From Octopus vulgaris (lineage: Eukaryota): a DNA stretch of 64,000 nucleotides. The notes below the pieces were generated by a model. That model was given only the letters and a program-made list of their open reading frames with translations, was not told where the DNA came from and made no database searches. The translations under genes and the position numbers were made by a program. Within the stretch, counting starts at the first letter, position 1; the number at the start of each line of letters is the position of its first letter. The DNA is taken from assembly GCA_951406725.2 (NCBI GenBank), contig OX597820.1, positions 52,886,001-52,950,000 of the forward strand, given 5' to 3'. Positions 39,609-53,540 of the stretch are shown piece after piece.

Positions 39609-39705
39609 GACTGGCCTGGTGCAGCCTTCGGGCTTCCCAGACCCCAGTTGAACCGTCCAACCCATGCTAGCATGGAAAGCGGACGTTAAACGATGATGAT
39701 GATGA
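39609..39705 (+). mobile_element. 3' end of a LINE (RTE-like) with (TGA)n tail
   Basis: CCGTCCAACCCATGCTAGCATGGAAAGCGGACGTTAAACGATGATGATG, a short-repeat tail typical of RTE-clade ends. Family assignment is from recognition only. Confidence 0.5.
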
Positions 39706-39717
39706 TATATATATATA

Positions 39718-39950
39718 GTTTATCTTTTACTTATTTCAGTCATTAGACTGTGACCTTAATAGGGTACCACCCTGAAGAATTTTTAGCGGAATAAATCGAT
39801 CCCAGTACTTACTTCTTTTCAACCTGGTACTTATTCTATCGGTCTTTTTACCGAACCGCTATGAAACAGAGACGGAAACACACTAACGCCAGTCGCTATG
39901 TGGCGGGGGCGAGTAGAGTCTGTGTGAATAGCACACACAGGCGCACACAT
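39718..39950 (-). mobile_element. SINE family A 3' half
   Basis: Reverse complement of the family A 3' region. Confidence 0.75.
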
Positions 39951-39956
39951 AGACAA

Positions 39957-40035
<79 letters not shown>

Positions 40036-40211
40036 CGTATGTATGTATGTACATGCATATGCAGATAAATAGCTAGATGTAATTATGTATGCATGCAGAC
40101 ATATGTATATGTAATTCTGTGTATTGATGCATAATATATTCCGTATTTATCTCTTACTATCATAAGTTTAACTAGTACTATCAGGGTACTAGTTAGACTT
40201 AATTACTTGGT

Positions 40212-40306
<95 letters not shown>

Positions 40307-40454
40307 AGTGTGTTTGTGTGTGTTTGTGTGTCAGTGTGTGTGTCTGTGTATTCATATATATATATATATATATATACATATATAAATTGTTCGCGATGGA
40401 AGCAGTATTGATACAAAAAAATAAATTTTATATCTAACTTAAGATGGTTGCCTT

Positions 40455-40578
40455 GTTATAAATCTGAAGATCACTGAGAAAGAGAATGCCTACACTGAAC
40501 TATCGAGAAGTTTACAGCTTCTCTATCCAGGTTACAAGTTCAGATTTATACCTGTAATTATTGGGGCAATGGGCATGT
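40455..40578 (+). pseudogene. RLE LINE fragment, direct duplicate of about 41080-41188
   Basis: KITEKENAYTEL.R.LQ.LYPGYKF.FIPVIIGAMG. Confidence 0.7.
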
Positions 40579-40779
40579 TAGAACAGCAAATATTGCGTAA
40601 CTAGGCGTGATAGATCCTTCCCTTTGTACCCCACCCCCACCTTCACCCACACACATAGGTCGCAGGAAGTGAGAATCGTTTGACATGGGCATCAAAATTT
40701 CCATATCACGTGATTTTGGTCTACTAAACTTTATCTGCGTACATACACACAAACACACACACATACATACATACATACA

Positions 40780-40808
<29 letters not shown>

Positions 40809-40810
<2 letters not shown>

Positions 40811-41470
40811 GTCCCAAAATGTCATCGTGCCGGTGAGACATGATATTCCAGTTACAACACGCTACAACGAGATTCGTCGAAAGGCTAACCCCGAGGACAA
40901 AGAAATAAGAACCAACAACATGGTGCAAGCCATAGCCACTCACACTAAAAACGAGTACTGGTGGAATCTCCCCGTAAAAACCTCAACAAAATGTAAACAC
41001 AGTAGAGTTGATATAATGATTTGGGATAGAGAAGAGAATTGTCTACAGTTATGGAAATCATCTGTCCAGCGGATGTTTATATATATCTGAAGATCACTGA
41101 AAAAGAGAATGCCTACACTGAACTATTGAGAAATTTACAGTTTCTCTATCCAGGTTTATACCTGTAATTATTGGGGCAATGGATATGTAACACACTACTT
41201 AAATACCAATCTTGAGAAGTTAAGCTTCTGAAAACCAGAAAGGAGAAAGCTAATGTGAAGACTATAGATCCAAGCCATTACTCAAACTATAAGAATCTGT
41301 TAAACTATCCAGAAATGTAGAGTATATGCATAAAAATCTGCACGTTTACATACATATATATATATAACAAAATAACCTGGTGTTGAAATGCCAATGAAGG
41401 AGCATTGGGTCTAGATTAGAAACCGTCTCTTTCTCTGTTGGCAAGAAATCTTGAAATAAACCTGAATAAT
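40809..41470 (+). mobile_element. 5'-truncated R4/Dong-like LINE 3' end (restriction-like endonuclease domain)
   Basis: RHD, YWWNLPVKT..K.KHSRVDIMIWD, (E)ISCPAD, KE..Y.EL, PVIIGA.G. Follows (TACA)n. Confidence 0.8.
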
Positions 41471-41485
41471 GGCATAAGTACGTGT

Positions 41486-42088
41486 ATATTCTTTTCTTTT
41501 CCAGTTTAGGCACAAGGCCGAAATTTCTTTGGAAAGACAGCCAGTCAATTAGATCGACCCCAGTACGCAACTGGTACTTAATTTATCGACCCCGAAAGGG
41601 TGAAAGGCAAAGCCGATCTCGGCAGAATTTGAACATAGAACTTAAAGACAGGCGAAATATCACTGAATTTTTCGGCCGTTGTGCTAACCTTTCTTATTTC
41701 TTTATTGCCAACAAGAGGCTACACACAGAGGGGACAAAAAAGAACAGACAAACGGATTAAGTCGATTATATCGACTCCAGTGCGTAACTGGTATTTATTT
41801 AATCGACCCCGTAAGGCTGAAAGGCAAAGTGACCTCGGCGAAATTTGAACTCATAACGTAGCGGCAGACGAAATACCTATTTCTTTACTACCCACAAGTG
41901 GCTAAACACAGAGAGGACAAACAAGGACAGACAAAGGGATTAAGTCGAATACATCGACCCCAGTGCGTAACAGGTACTTAATTTATCGACTCCGAAAGGA
42001 TGACAGGCAAAGTCGACCTCGGCGGAATTTGAACTTAGAACGTAATGGCATTTCGCCCGGCGTGCTAACGTTTCTGCCAGCTCGCCGC
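41486..42088 (-). mobile_element. SINE family B, trimeric
   Basis: One head followed by three tandem B-box plus conserved-block units. Confidence 0.85.
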
Positions 42089-42418
42089 AGTTACATGCGT
42101 GTATATTGTAAATAATCTTATATGTAAATATGCATAAAGAGGGAGAAAGATGTATGAATGTATACGCAGAAACACATGTGTGTGTGTGAGAGGGAGAGTG
42201 CGTGTTTGTGTGTGTGTGTGTATGTGTGTGTGTGTATGTGCTTGTGTGTGTGTGCGTACATGTGTGTATGTTGTCCGCGACGACCTCTTGTAGTTGAGTT
42301 TTATTTTATATTTTTAATTTCTAACACGGGATCAAATTTCATGAAGTAGATGGATTTCTGAATTTTTTTTTCTTCAGAGCATCTCAAATAGTAACCTATG
42401 TTTTCTGTCTCTTCTAAA

Positions 42419-42858
42419 TCTATACATATAGTGCTGAAGTTATGTGTGTGTGTGGCAGGTTTGGTAGCCTTTAACTAACACTATCCCCTCTGAGACCCTG
42501 CGATGCAAGTTGACCAAATTTGAGAGTATGATAGAAGGCTTGCTGCTCTTCATTCCGTAGAAGAAAAAATTAAAAACGGACCATGTTAAGACCAAAAATT
42601 ATTTATATCAAAATGGTGCTTTTTTTTTCTATGAAAATCCCTATTTTTTACGATTTTTTGACTGGTGTGTCGCCATTTTTCGGTGTATTTCAACCAGCAA
42701 AAATGTTCACTTAAAGAGAATAACAAACTACATAATGCAAAACTATTACTTTTCAAAAAAGATTGAAACTATCTCAAAACTTTGTTAACGCGATATCAAA
42801 GCCTGCCGTTTTAAGCGCAACTAAAACAAACACGAGCAACGCCGGGCTATACTGCTAG
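42419..42858 (+). mobile_element. non-autonomous Helitron with both termini
   Basis: A|TCTATACATATA 5' end, GCAACGCCGGG hairpin and CTAG|T 3' end, no TSD. Confidence 0.75.
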
Positions 42859-43313
42859 TTTTATATATTTATCTCTTTCAGGCATTAGTTATCTCTTTCA
42901 GGCACTGGGAAAAAGTCGGCATTATCACGTCGCCCCGTTTGGACTTTGTTTCATTGACATTGTTATCATACGAGCATTCTACTAATCGAATTGACTTTGA
43001 AGAAAGCCTTATATATGCAAACTAGGCTTCCATTTTTATTTTAACACTTATAAATGATTTTGTTTATAAACGGTTTCTCTATGAACAGTTAAAGAAGCTA
43101 GACTGTTGCGGATGAAATCCCAAACAAGATTGAATTTAATCCATTTCATTTTTGTTTCTTTGTCCACGAAAATATATTCAAGTACAAAAACAAGTTATTT
43201 ACATTTGTCGATGCAAAATTGCAAGTGAATGTTTAGATTAAATCTTTTAGTGCAGTATAGAATTGTTAACGTTCCATAATTGAACAATCTATATAAACAC
43301 ATTTAAATGTAGG

Positions 43314-43366
<53 letters not shown>

Positions 43367-43507
43367 GCACACACACACATATATACACACACACACATAT
43401 ATACACACACACACATATATATATATATATTTAAATGAGTCTCTATATAATTATACCTACATATATCTATATATGTGTACGCATATATACATATAACTAT
43501 ATATATA

Positions 43508-43542
<35 letters not shown>

Positions 43543-45694
43543 GTATGTGTGTGTTTATATGTAAGAATGCATAAATTTAGGTATATTAATATTTGCCTTT
43601 ATAAAGGGTCATACTTGTAAAATGAGTTAGATATTAAATTTTCAAGGATTACACAGAAAAGTTTGGATGCGTACTTACACACACACACATACATAAGTAC
43701 ATGTGTGGATGTATGTGTGTGTAGTGAATTAGATATGCAAATGTATTTTAAATGTTGCATCCAACAGTGTTCAGGATAAAAAACATACATGTGTGTGCAT
43801 GTAAAACGTAAAATATATTCTAACGGGAATGCATTCAAATGTGTGTATATATATTTATGTGTACTGTCTATATTCTCTGTGTGTGAGAGAAAGTGAAGAT
43901 GAGGAAAGTTACATGAAGAGAAACAGCAGCTGAGTGAATGATGAATCTAAAGATTAGTGGTAACATTATCACAGTTGTTAATCAAGGAGGCTGAGGTAGC
44001 GAAACAGTTTAGGACGTGGCAATGTCAGTATTTCAAGTAGAGATAAAGATGATAGCTCTGATTAGAAAGCGAAACAGTTAGAGAGTTCCTTTTTTTTGTA
44101 TATTTTATTTTCAATTTTTTTTTATTTATTTATTTATTTATTTTTTTTTTGCGCCGCGGAAGTCAAGAGACTACAACGTGACAAAGAAGAAATTTAAAAT
44201 AAAATGTAAAAATGCCGAAGAGAAAACGCATAGTTGACAGATAAATAAATGAAAACTTATGTGGAGATGATAAGATAAAAGCATATAAAAGAAATCGGTG
44301 GGGAGATATCTAAATTTAAATATATATGTGTGTGAAAGTGTGTGTGTGCGCGTGAGTGTGTGTGAGCGTGTAAATATATATACATATATTTACATATATA
44401 CATATATATATGTACATAGATGTACACATATATAAATACCCATATGCATACACATACATATTTATATATACATGTATACACGTATATGCATACAGATATG
44501 TATATATGTCCATGCATTATAATGAAAGAAGCACGTATATGCATTCATGTGTGAGAGTGCCTGTGCGAATATATATTCATGTGTGCGTTTGCACATAAGT
44601 GTGTATAAGTATGTGTGCTTGTGACTAAAAGAAGTGTGAAAAACAAGATGAAAAAATGGAGTATTCAATATTAAAAGTTAGATTTATATATTTTATTTTA
44701 TCGGGCGTTTAATCTTTAAGTGTAGTTAATCTGTGTTTCACGTTCACGAAATTCAGACGATAATGAAAAACACGAGCATGAGAATAATATTAAAAATCTT
44801 ATAGTGAAGATATTTGAATATATGCACGCAACTTTTTGATCGGTGGCGATAAAAAAAAAGACTATATAACGACTATGAAAAAATATATAATAATAAATAA
44901 TTTGGAAGTGTTTACATCTTTGAAGCAGAGAAAGGAGCAAAAGACGAGAGACTAATTTTAAATCAATCCGTATGAATATATACATGTGTGTGTATGTATG
45001 TATCTATGTACAAATGTCTAGGAAAATATGAATGTGACAAAGAGAAAGTAATACGAAATAAAAATGCTAATAATGAAAAAGCCAAAAATATTGTATATTG
45101 TATTTTTATCTAATTTGTTGTATGAAATACATTCGTACTCTGGACAACATTAATATTTAGCGTATGTACTAGTATGCGGGTGTTCATGGATGCACGTGCG
45201 AGTGCAGAAATGTAATATTCTTCAAAGTCGGAAACGGAGGTTCGGTCAAAAAGATAACAGTGAAATGTTTACTTCTTCCAAGAGAAATCTAAGAGATTAA
45301 ATGAGAGGAAATAGTTAAATACGCGGTAAATATTTATAGGCACACATCTAAAACTTTACCACTTTTCATCTAGCGTGTGTTTGACTTGGACACAAGCTGA
45401 AACTGAAAGATACATGTTTGTTCATATTTGTGTACAAGTATGGTTGTGTGTGTGTGTACGTACGTGTGTATATATACATTATGGAAGAGTATATTAGCTT
45501 CCTATTAACATTTGATATCCATATAATTTTGCCTGTCTTTAGGACGGTGGCGAGAATTGTGGTGTTTCTTGTTCGTAATATTGTAGCTTTTGTGGTTGCC
45601 ATAGGACAGATTCAATAAAACAAAATACTTCGTCATAACCGATTTGATAAAACTCATTATACCAATGGCAATTGCAGAATTTAAATGTATATAC

Positions 45695-45726
<32 letters not shown>

Positions 45727-45735
45727 ATATATATA

Positions 45736-46446
45736 AGGTTAATCCAAACGAGAAAACAGAAAAAACAACACAAGGAAGTGGAACAATAAAAGTATTATTA
45801 TTAGGCGCTCAGGAAAAAGGGAAGAAGGAGGGTATGACGTTTCGAGCGGAGCTCTTCGTCGGAAACATAAGAGAAAGAAAGATCCCGAGGCGGGCGGACG
45901 GAGGGAAAAAAAACGCGACTGGTTTTCACGAAGTAAACATGCTGAAAGGCCGGAAGTCTTAGACAGCGGGGACAGGTTTTCAAAGACAGGAGAGCGGAAA
46001 AAGAAGGTTGGTAACAACTCGATGAATGGGAAGAAGAATGTGTGTATGTGAGTGTGTACGTGTGCGTGTGTGTATGTGTGTGTAAGGCGACGGCGGGTAG
46101 CGGGCAGCGGCCGTAACGATGTGCGAGATAAAAAAATATGTATATATTAGTGCGTGCGTCTGTGTGTAAGTGTGTGTACGTAGGGCGAAAGGTAGTAGAC
46201 GTAGCAGTCGCAGGTCAGTGGTCAGTGGTAAAAGGAGGAAGGAGGGAATGTGTGGGTGCGTATGTACGTCCCGTGTGTGTGTTTAGTTGTAGTGTGTGTG
46301 TGTCCGTGTGCGTAGTTGTATGTATGGCAAGTAAATTTGAAGTGTGTGTAAGTGTATTGTATATATATATGCAAATGTGTGTGTGTGAGTGCATGGGAGT
46401 GAGTGTATGTATGTGTGTGCGTGTGTGTACAAAAGGTAGGGGTATT
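45736..46446 (-). mobile_element. non-coding PLE pLTR derivative in (TA)n with minimal hammerhead (45832-45866)
   Basis: GTTT-CCGACGA-A-GAGC-TCC-GCTC-GAAAC-GTC-ATAC. Tail resembles the 37752/39428 family. (TA)n on both sides. Confidence 0.7.
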
Positions 46447-46971
46447 ATATATATATATATATATATATAAACTATAAATCTACGTTGTTGGATTATCCCT
46501 AAATACGCACATATATACCCAAGAAAATATTCACGAGTGTACAAATGAAATCAAGATTGTTCACTAGACACTGTCAGTCACATATACACGCGCGCACAAG
46601 CACACAGACACACACAAGCACGTACATACATACATTCACATGCACACATCTTCGTTAACTGAGTAGGGATTTAAATATATACAACCTACATGTGCAAGAT
46701 TCCGTACATATATATACATGTTAATCTTGAACCATGAGAATGAGTGTTCAACACACCATTCGTGGATAAAAGTTATTTATCTTTGTTTTAAACAACCAGT
46801 GGTTTCATGTTTAGACATATCCATCAACAATTATCAAATCCATCACATTGAACATCGGTGTTCCTTTCCGGAGACAAATATCGATGTTCCATGGCATAGG
46901 CTTGAAAATTGTTGAGGCACCGCTCATAACATGAAACCTATGGTAGCTTTACCCATAAGTAATATATATGC

Positions 46972-47032
<61 letters not shown>

Positions 47033-47079
47033 CAGAGACAGAGACAGAGACAGAGACAGAGACAGACAGACAGATAGAC

Positions 47080-47838
47080 AGAGATGGTAAGAAATGGAGC
47101 TATAATTAACAATGGGAAGTGGATCAGTGGTGTTTTAAAGTCATTATTTAATTAAAATAAGAGTTTGGGGTGAATTTACATTTATCTCGTTACAATTGAT
47201 AAACATCTTCAGAACGATTATATGGCAAATATAAATAGAAGAAAAGGAAAGGAAAAAGGAAAAAGTGTTCGTTGGAGGATAAAAGAGTAGAAAGTTTAAG
47301 TCCATAGATTTATATTTAGTTAGTTTCATAATTCAACGTGTCCGTAGGTTCCTACATTCAGTGCTAATTGTGGCTAGTTGACCGGCGGTGTAAGCCGAAG
47401 GAGTTATAGCTATTGGGGATATCCGATGTAGTTATTGGACATATATGACGCTAACTTGTAGCCTATAAGTTAGTCCCTATGGACACGTGAAATTATGAAA
47501 CTAACTAAATATATGACTATTGACTTAACAAACTCTCTTCTCTTTTATTCTCCCACTGACACGTGGAAGTATGTAAGTCACTAAAATGTAAGAATATTGA
47601 ATTAACGAACATTTTTTCCCTTTTTCCTTCTATTTTGCCTTCCATTTTTCTTCTATTTATCTTTGCCATATAATTGTTCTGAAGATGTTTGTCAATTGTA
47701 ACGAGTAAATGCAAATTTAACCCATTTTCATAAATATAAATAGCTGTAAACATACTTTTATTTTAATTAAACAATGACTTTAAAACACCAATGATTCACT
47801 TCCCATTGTTAATTCTTGGTCCACTTCTTATCGTCCCT
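47080..47838. repeat. large imperfect inverted repeat (fold-back element, probable PLE derivative)
   Basis: Arms at about 47080-47347 and 47476-47838, with arm-specific deletions. CTGAAGATG at 47679. Confidence 0.75.
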
Positions 47839-48029
47839 ATATATATTAAACCACGGTTTTACCTTTGAATTACCTACTACCGCATACCTTATAACAAGGA
47901 CCATACATAATGAGGTAATACACCAGGAGAGCCTACGGATACATCTATCCCTTAGATGGCTGCATAACATCTAACATATCTTACACAATATATATATATA
48001 TGTATGTGTGTGTATAAAGGGGTAAATAA

Positions 48030-48400
48030 AAGAAAGCTTCTGACAATGCGGTACGTTTTATAAAGAGTTTATATTTCAGTCGCATATTACGGTGTTGACT
48101 GCAGTCGCTGTGATGCTTTAGTATGAGCCACAGGATCGACTGCGATCGACTGCTAAGTTTTCGCGTTGAGGCGGTGGATCCATAGAGCTTCTTTTATACG
48201 TAGATTACCAGTATTCCTCTCCGAAGCCAGTATGTTTGCGGGAGGAGGACCTGTTGGTGGTGAGAAGCTCCCTCATTCGGATGTGGAGTGGTCGTATTGT
48301 GCTACCGATTTAGTTATTTTTGCATTTGGAGCATCGTATCTGGTATTCTACGCATGTACGTCGGCCATCTTAGTGTTGCGAATGAAGTAATTCGCTACTG
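48030..48400 (-). pseudogene. PLE GIY-YIG endonuclease relic plus structured 3' UTR
   Basis: VEYQIRCSKCKNN*IGSTIRPLHIRMRE...ILASERNTGNLRIKEALWIHRLN. Confidence 0.75.
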
Positions 48401-48974
48401 TTCAGGGTTGCTATCGTCCACTTAAAATGCATGCTAAGGCTGGTTGCCATATTTATTCTTAAAACGGTGTCTGAAATACACAACACTATACACAACATGC
48501 ACGTACCCATATGCTTCCAAACATCGTGTTTCTGAAACTCCTTAAACTCCTACACCGTTGTTGCAAGATGGAGAGTTGCTGCTATTGCTGCTAACCCGAC
48601 ATATCATTCAACATTTTGTGAGTTGCCAGCACCAACATTGGGTAATCTGCTTACACCAACGCTTAAAGAGTTGATTACATGAACAGTTGGAGAATGACTG
48701 CTACTGCTGCTAGCTTAATGCCGAGGAGTTTGATTAGGGTAACAGAACCTGTGTTACCGGACATTTACCGGACTCCTTCCTTCTGAGGACGGACCTTTGC
48801 ACCTGAAATATAAAGGTTTATGTAAAACTTGCCGCACTGTCAAAAGCTCTCATATTTTCCCCCTTTGTTTCCCTTCTTCGGTACTTCAATACTTCAAGTG
48901 AATTACAACCCTCTTAGATAGAAAGATAGGTAGATAGATAGATAGATAGATTGTTAGACAGACAGACAGACATG

Positions 48975-49025
<51 letters not shown>

Positions 49026-50161
49026 GTAGGTAGGTGGGTAGGTAGGTAGGTAGATAGATATGTGCCTAACTTTTATACAAATCATATATCAAAACAAATG
49101 TTCCCTCATTATGTATAAGCATATATGTACTTCTTACGTTTTACGTAGCTCAAACCTGGTTATATTCCGGAGTCTCGGACAACTATCTCATACTCAAATA
49201 GAAAAACACTTATACATATACACTCATACCTTTTAATACTTGTCAAATTTGGATACAATCCTAGCCATCAGAAAAGTATTTATGTACAAGTTATGTGCCA
49301 GCATTCCCGCGCAGTCAGTGTATTAGCTTGCGAAATATTCCAAGCGTACATAATTCTGCTTACGCGTAATATCTGTCGAATATTATATTTGCAACAATTG
49401 TTTTATTAATAAATGTTCAAATTTACAAGGGATGTTATCTCTGGCTGTAATTTTCTTTCCCGATATACCACCTGGTGAGTGGAATTAATTTTTAGAAAAT
49501 TTTTTAGAGATTCTGAACTATGATTATGCATTGCTTCTATCAAATATTATACACAATATTTTGTATGCATGTAGATATCGAAGATTATTTGTGACGTACC
49601 TGCTTCTAAAATATTCTAAGACAAAATATGTTTTCGAAAAATTCAATTCATTCATGACAATAGTTACATGTTAATCAAAAATATTTTAAATTTGTCAGGA
49701 TATTTTGTGTGACAATAACTGCATAAATAAACAATGGCAATTGTCATATCTGTAGATTCGTATCGTTTCAAAAACAACATACGCCGGTAGTCTATCGTAA
49801 TCGTTGTGGCTTTCTTGTATAGTCGTAAATGGCTGCAAGGATTTGCGGTATCAAAAAATTTCAAATCGAACGTTCTCGTAGAAAAGGAGCCGTTGATATT
49901 TTTTTGATTTTCTTCAGAAATTACTTTTCTCTTTCTGCTCCCAATTTGTCCGTTTGAAGTTGATCGATGTATAAAAACCATAAACGTCTGTTTTACTTAA
50001 ATCAATTAGTTATATGTTTCAAATTTCCATTGAAATTCATCATTTCGGCTTATACTTTTATCGCTTTACGCTCATCTTTATTCCCCGCGTTCTGTTCTCT
50101 ACTCCTGCTCCCAAGAATGACAACACCCGAAGAGTATAAATAATGCCTTACAGTTCTCTGC

Positions 50162-50232
<71 letters not shown>

Positions 50233-50244
50233 TATATATATATA

Positions 50245-51524
50245 TTGGGTTGTCCGGAAAGTTCGTGCCGATTTATAGTAGCTTACATTTCGACTTATTT
50301 TAGAACAGTTTAGTCCATAAAACAGGATTTGACTACACCTCCATTTAGAACACAGTTTCAGCTATCTTTTCGCGGGAGAAGGTTTATGTTCCTATAATCT
50401 GTGTTAATTCTGTAACCCTTTAAAATGGAAGATAAAAAAGTTCATTTTCGACACTTGATGCTTTTCTTTTTCCATAAAAGGAAAAATGCCTCAAGCAACC
50501 AAAGAAATATGCGCAGTTTACGTTGATGTTTCTTTATCCAAAAAAATTTACGGAAGTGGTTCGCAAAGTTCCGAGCTGGAGATTGTAGCGTTATTGATAA
50601 AGAGCGATCAGGCAGACCATCCACTACAGATGATGACCAAATCAAGTCATTAATTGCGAATAACCCACATTGCAAAACCAAAGAAATGGCAGAAAGCCTC
50701 AACCTATCAAAATCTGTCGTTCATGTGCACCTGGTAAAGATTGGGTACACAAATCGCTATGATGTTTATGTACCACATGAGTTAAGTAAGAAGAACATTT
50801 TGGATCGCATTTCCATCTGTGATTCGCTTTATAAACGGAATGAAAACGCGCCTTTTTTTAAAGCAAATTGTGACAGGTGAAGAGAAATGGATTATCTACT
50901 GAAATGTTCAGAGAAAGCGATCCTGGAGAAAGTGACATGAGCCACCCTTAGCCACCCCCAAAGCGGGATTTCACCCTAAAAACGTATTGCTTTGTTTCTG
51001 GTGGGATTGGAAAGGAATTCTGTACTATGAGCTTCTCCCAAGTAACCAGACAATTAATTCTAAGAAATCCTGCAAACAACTGGGCGAGTTAAAAGCAGCA
51101 ATTCAAGGGAAACGTCCAGAATTGGCCAACAGGAAGGGTGTTGTTTTCCAACATGGTGATGCAAGACCACACGTTTCTTTGGGAACCAAACAAAAATTGA
51201 TGCACCTCGGCTGGGATGTGTTATCCCATCCTCCATATTTACCAGATATTGCCCCTTCGGATTTCCACTTATTCAGGTCTCTGCAGAATAGTCTTAATGG
51301 TAAACATTTCGATTCCTTTGATGACGTAAAAATATACCTTGATGAATTCTTTGACATGAAACCACCTCAATTCTGGGAAGAGGCTATTTTCAAGTTAAAG
51401 GAAAGATGGAGACGCATTGTGCAACAAAATCGTTCATATTTGGATGATTAAAAATGTAATGGCAAGTATTTATTGACCTTTTTCTTTCTTTTAAGAATCG
51501 GTACGAACTTTCCGGACAACCTAA
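50245..51524 (+). mobile_element. full-length mariner (DD34D, mellifera-subfamily-like) with disrupted transposase (50425-51451)
   Basis: TIRs TTGGGTTGTCCGGAAAGTTCGTGCCGATT / AATCGGTACGAACTTTCCGGACAACCTAA, TA flanks, 1280 bp. Motifs VPHEL, TGEEKW, WWDWKG, ARPH and PDIAPSDFHLF. Confidence 0.95.
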
Positions 51525-51922
51525 TATATACGTATATTTGTATACATATAAACATACAATATATGTGAGTATGTATATGTGTGTTTGCGTGTGTGCTTGT
51601 GTGTTTGTATATACGTATGTGGTTTTACAATATGAATGCATGTATACAATGATGTATACAAAAATCACACTCACGTCAAGCAGCGTGTGCTTTGACGCTA
51701 TTCTGTACTTCATAGCAAATCAGAGTTTTCAGTCGTCACTGCGTCTACAAACGATGAGATTGAATAAAAGACAGTTGCGTTCAGTTTACTTTGTATTTAA
51801 TTCAGTTTAGATGCATACAGTCTCTGTTGAAATCTTAGAGACACTCTAAAATACTGTATGTGTATGTGATGTCTGTGTGTGTGTGTGTGTGTAGATGCGT
51901 GATGCGTTTGTGTGCGTGTAAA

Positions 51923-51964
<42 letters not shown>

Positions 51965-51989
51965 TATATATATATTCTTTTACTATTCT

Positions 51990-52037
51990 TCTACTCTTTT
52001 ACTTGTTTCACTCACTTGACAGTGGCCATGCTGGAGT
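51990..52037 (-). mobile_element. SINE family A 3' fragment
   Basis: CTTTTACTTGTTTCA...GGCCATGCTGGAG. Confidence 0.6.
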
Positions 52038-52104
52038 ACTATATATATACATATACACATATTTACATCACAAAAGACTTTCTTCTATTGTCACAGACAC
52101 ACAG

Positions 52105-52155
<51 letters not shown>

Positions 52156-52179
52156 CATACGTATGTATGTATGTACGTG

Positions 52180-52284
<105 letters not shown>

Positions 52285-53540
52285 TAGATTGAATTTTGTT
52301 AACTGAAACAAAATCATTAGGAAGAAAGCTGTAGATTATTTGTTAAAATTTGAAATCGAAATCAAACCCGAGCCATTGAATTGATTAAATATTGTAAAAT
52401 CAAGAGACAACCCACCAGTTGTGTATATATTGAATTTGCTAGTGTACTGACACGAACTTACTTTACTTTAAATCATTTGCCTGGAATCTATTTCATCATA
52501 AAAGACTATTTTGTGAAGGAAATAGTTTTGAATGAAATTTGATCTTTGTTAATAAACAAGTACCAAGTTGACGATAACGGAATTAGCATTGCTATGTTTG
52601 ATATCTTATATTTCGACATCATATGTTGGAACAGAATATAACACATGATATTTGAGAACTGCCTTAATATATAATATTAATTCTTTTCGAAATATAAGAG
52701 TGTATTTTATAAATATATTTGATAAGAATCTTTACACAGATGGGAAAATCTGAAGGGAAGGGTTGCATAAGAGAATTTCAGAGACTTGTAGACATAGAAA
52801 AAAAAATATATATTTAACATTTTTTTTTATAGATAAAAGGATTTCAAGACTAACTCATAAATCGACAGAACAAAGTTGAGTAATTAGTGTTATTTAGATT
52901 AGTAATTATGTTCAACAACATCTAATAAGAAAATCGAAAATGATGACTAATGTCTCTGCAAAAATCTATACCTAATCAATCAGCTATTGTAAATCGAGAC
53001 GCGAAAGGACGTGGGGAAAATAATGCTACATCATAATCACAGATACATTGGCATTTTTTCTCATTTTCTTTCTTTCTTTCTTTCTTTCTTTGTTACTTAC
53101 TAGGTGTGGAGGAAGAGGCAATATCTATGGCCCATGTAAATACTACTTGATTATATACGCTAGCAACACAAAACGATCCTTCATACACAAACTCTACAGA
53201 GCAGTATCCTCAACTATCAATAACTTTTTTCCATAACTTTACTTAAGAAGGTTCTTAACCCTGAAATATTCAAATACCACGTAATATTAGGAAATATCGG
53301 CCACCTGTATCATGAATGTTTATAGCTTGCGTTGCTTTCGCTTTCAAAAAATATTTAAAACGTTCATATATATATATATATATCAGACGAACATCAGACA
53401 AGACTTCCGGAAATTTATATTACATATGTGTTGTGTGTGTGTGCATACTTATATATAGGGAGATAGATAGATAAACAAACAGACAGACAGATACATACAT
53501 ACATATATACATACATGCATATATATATATTTATAATGAT

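Noticed and set aside
41486-42088. CRISPR-like or satellite array
   Set aside because: The units are SINE modules in eukaryotic DNA, with no unique spacers or cas genes.
48090-48155. Hammerhead in the 3' UTR of the 48 kb PLE relic
   Set aside because: Only a CAGTCG/CGACTG hairpin is evident and core nucleotides are missing.
52300-53050. Possible very old RT relic (RTYFTLN)
   Set aside because: A single short motif is insufficient.
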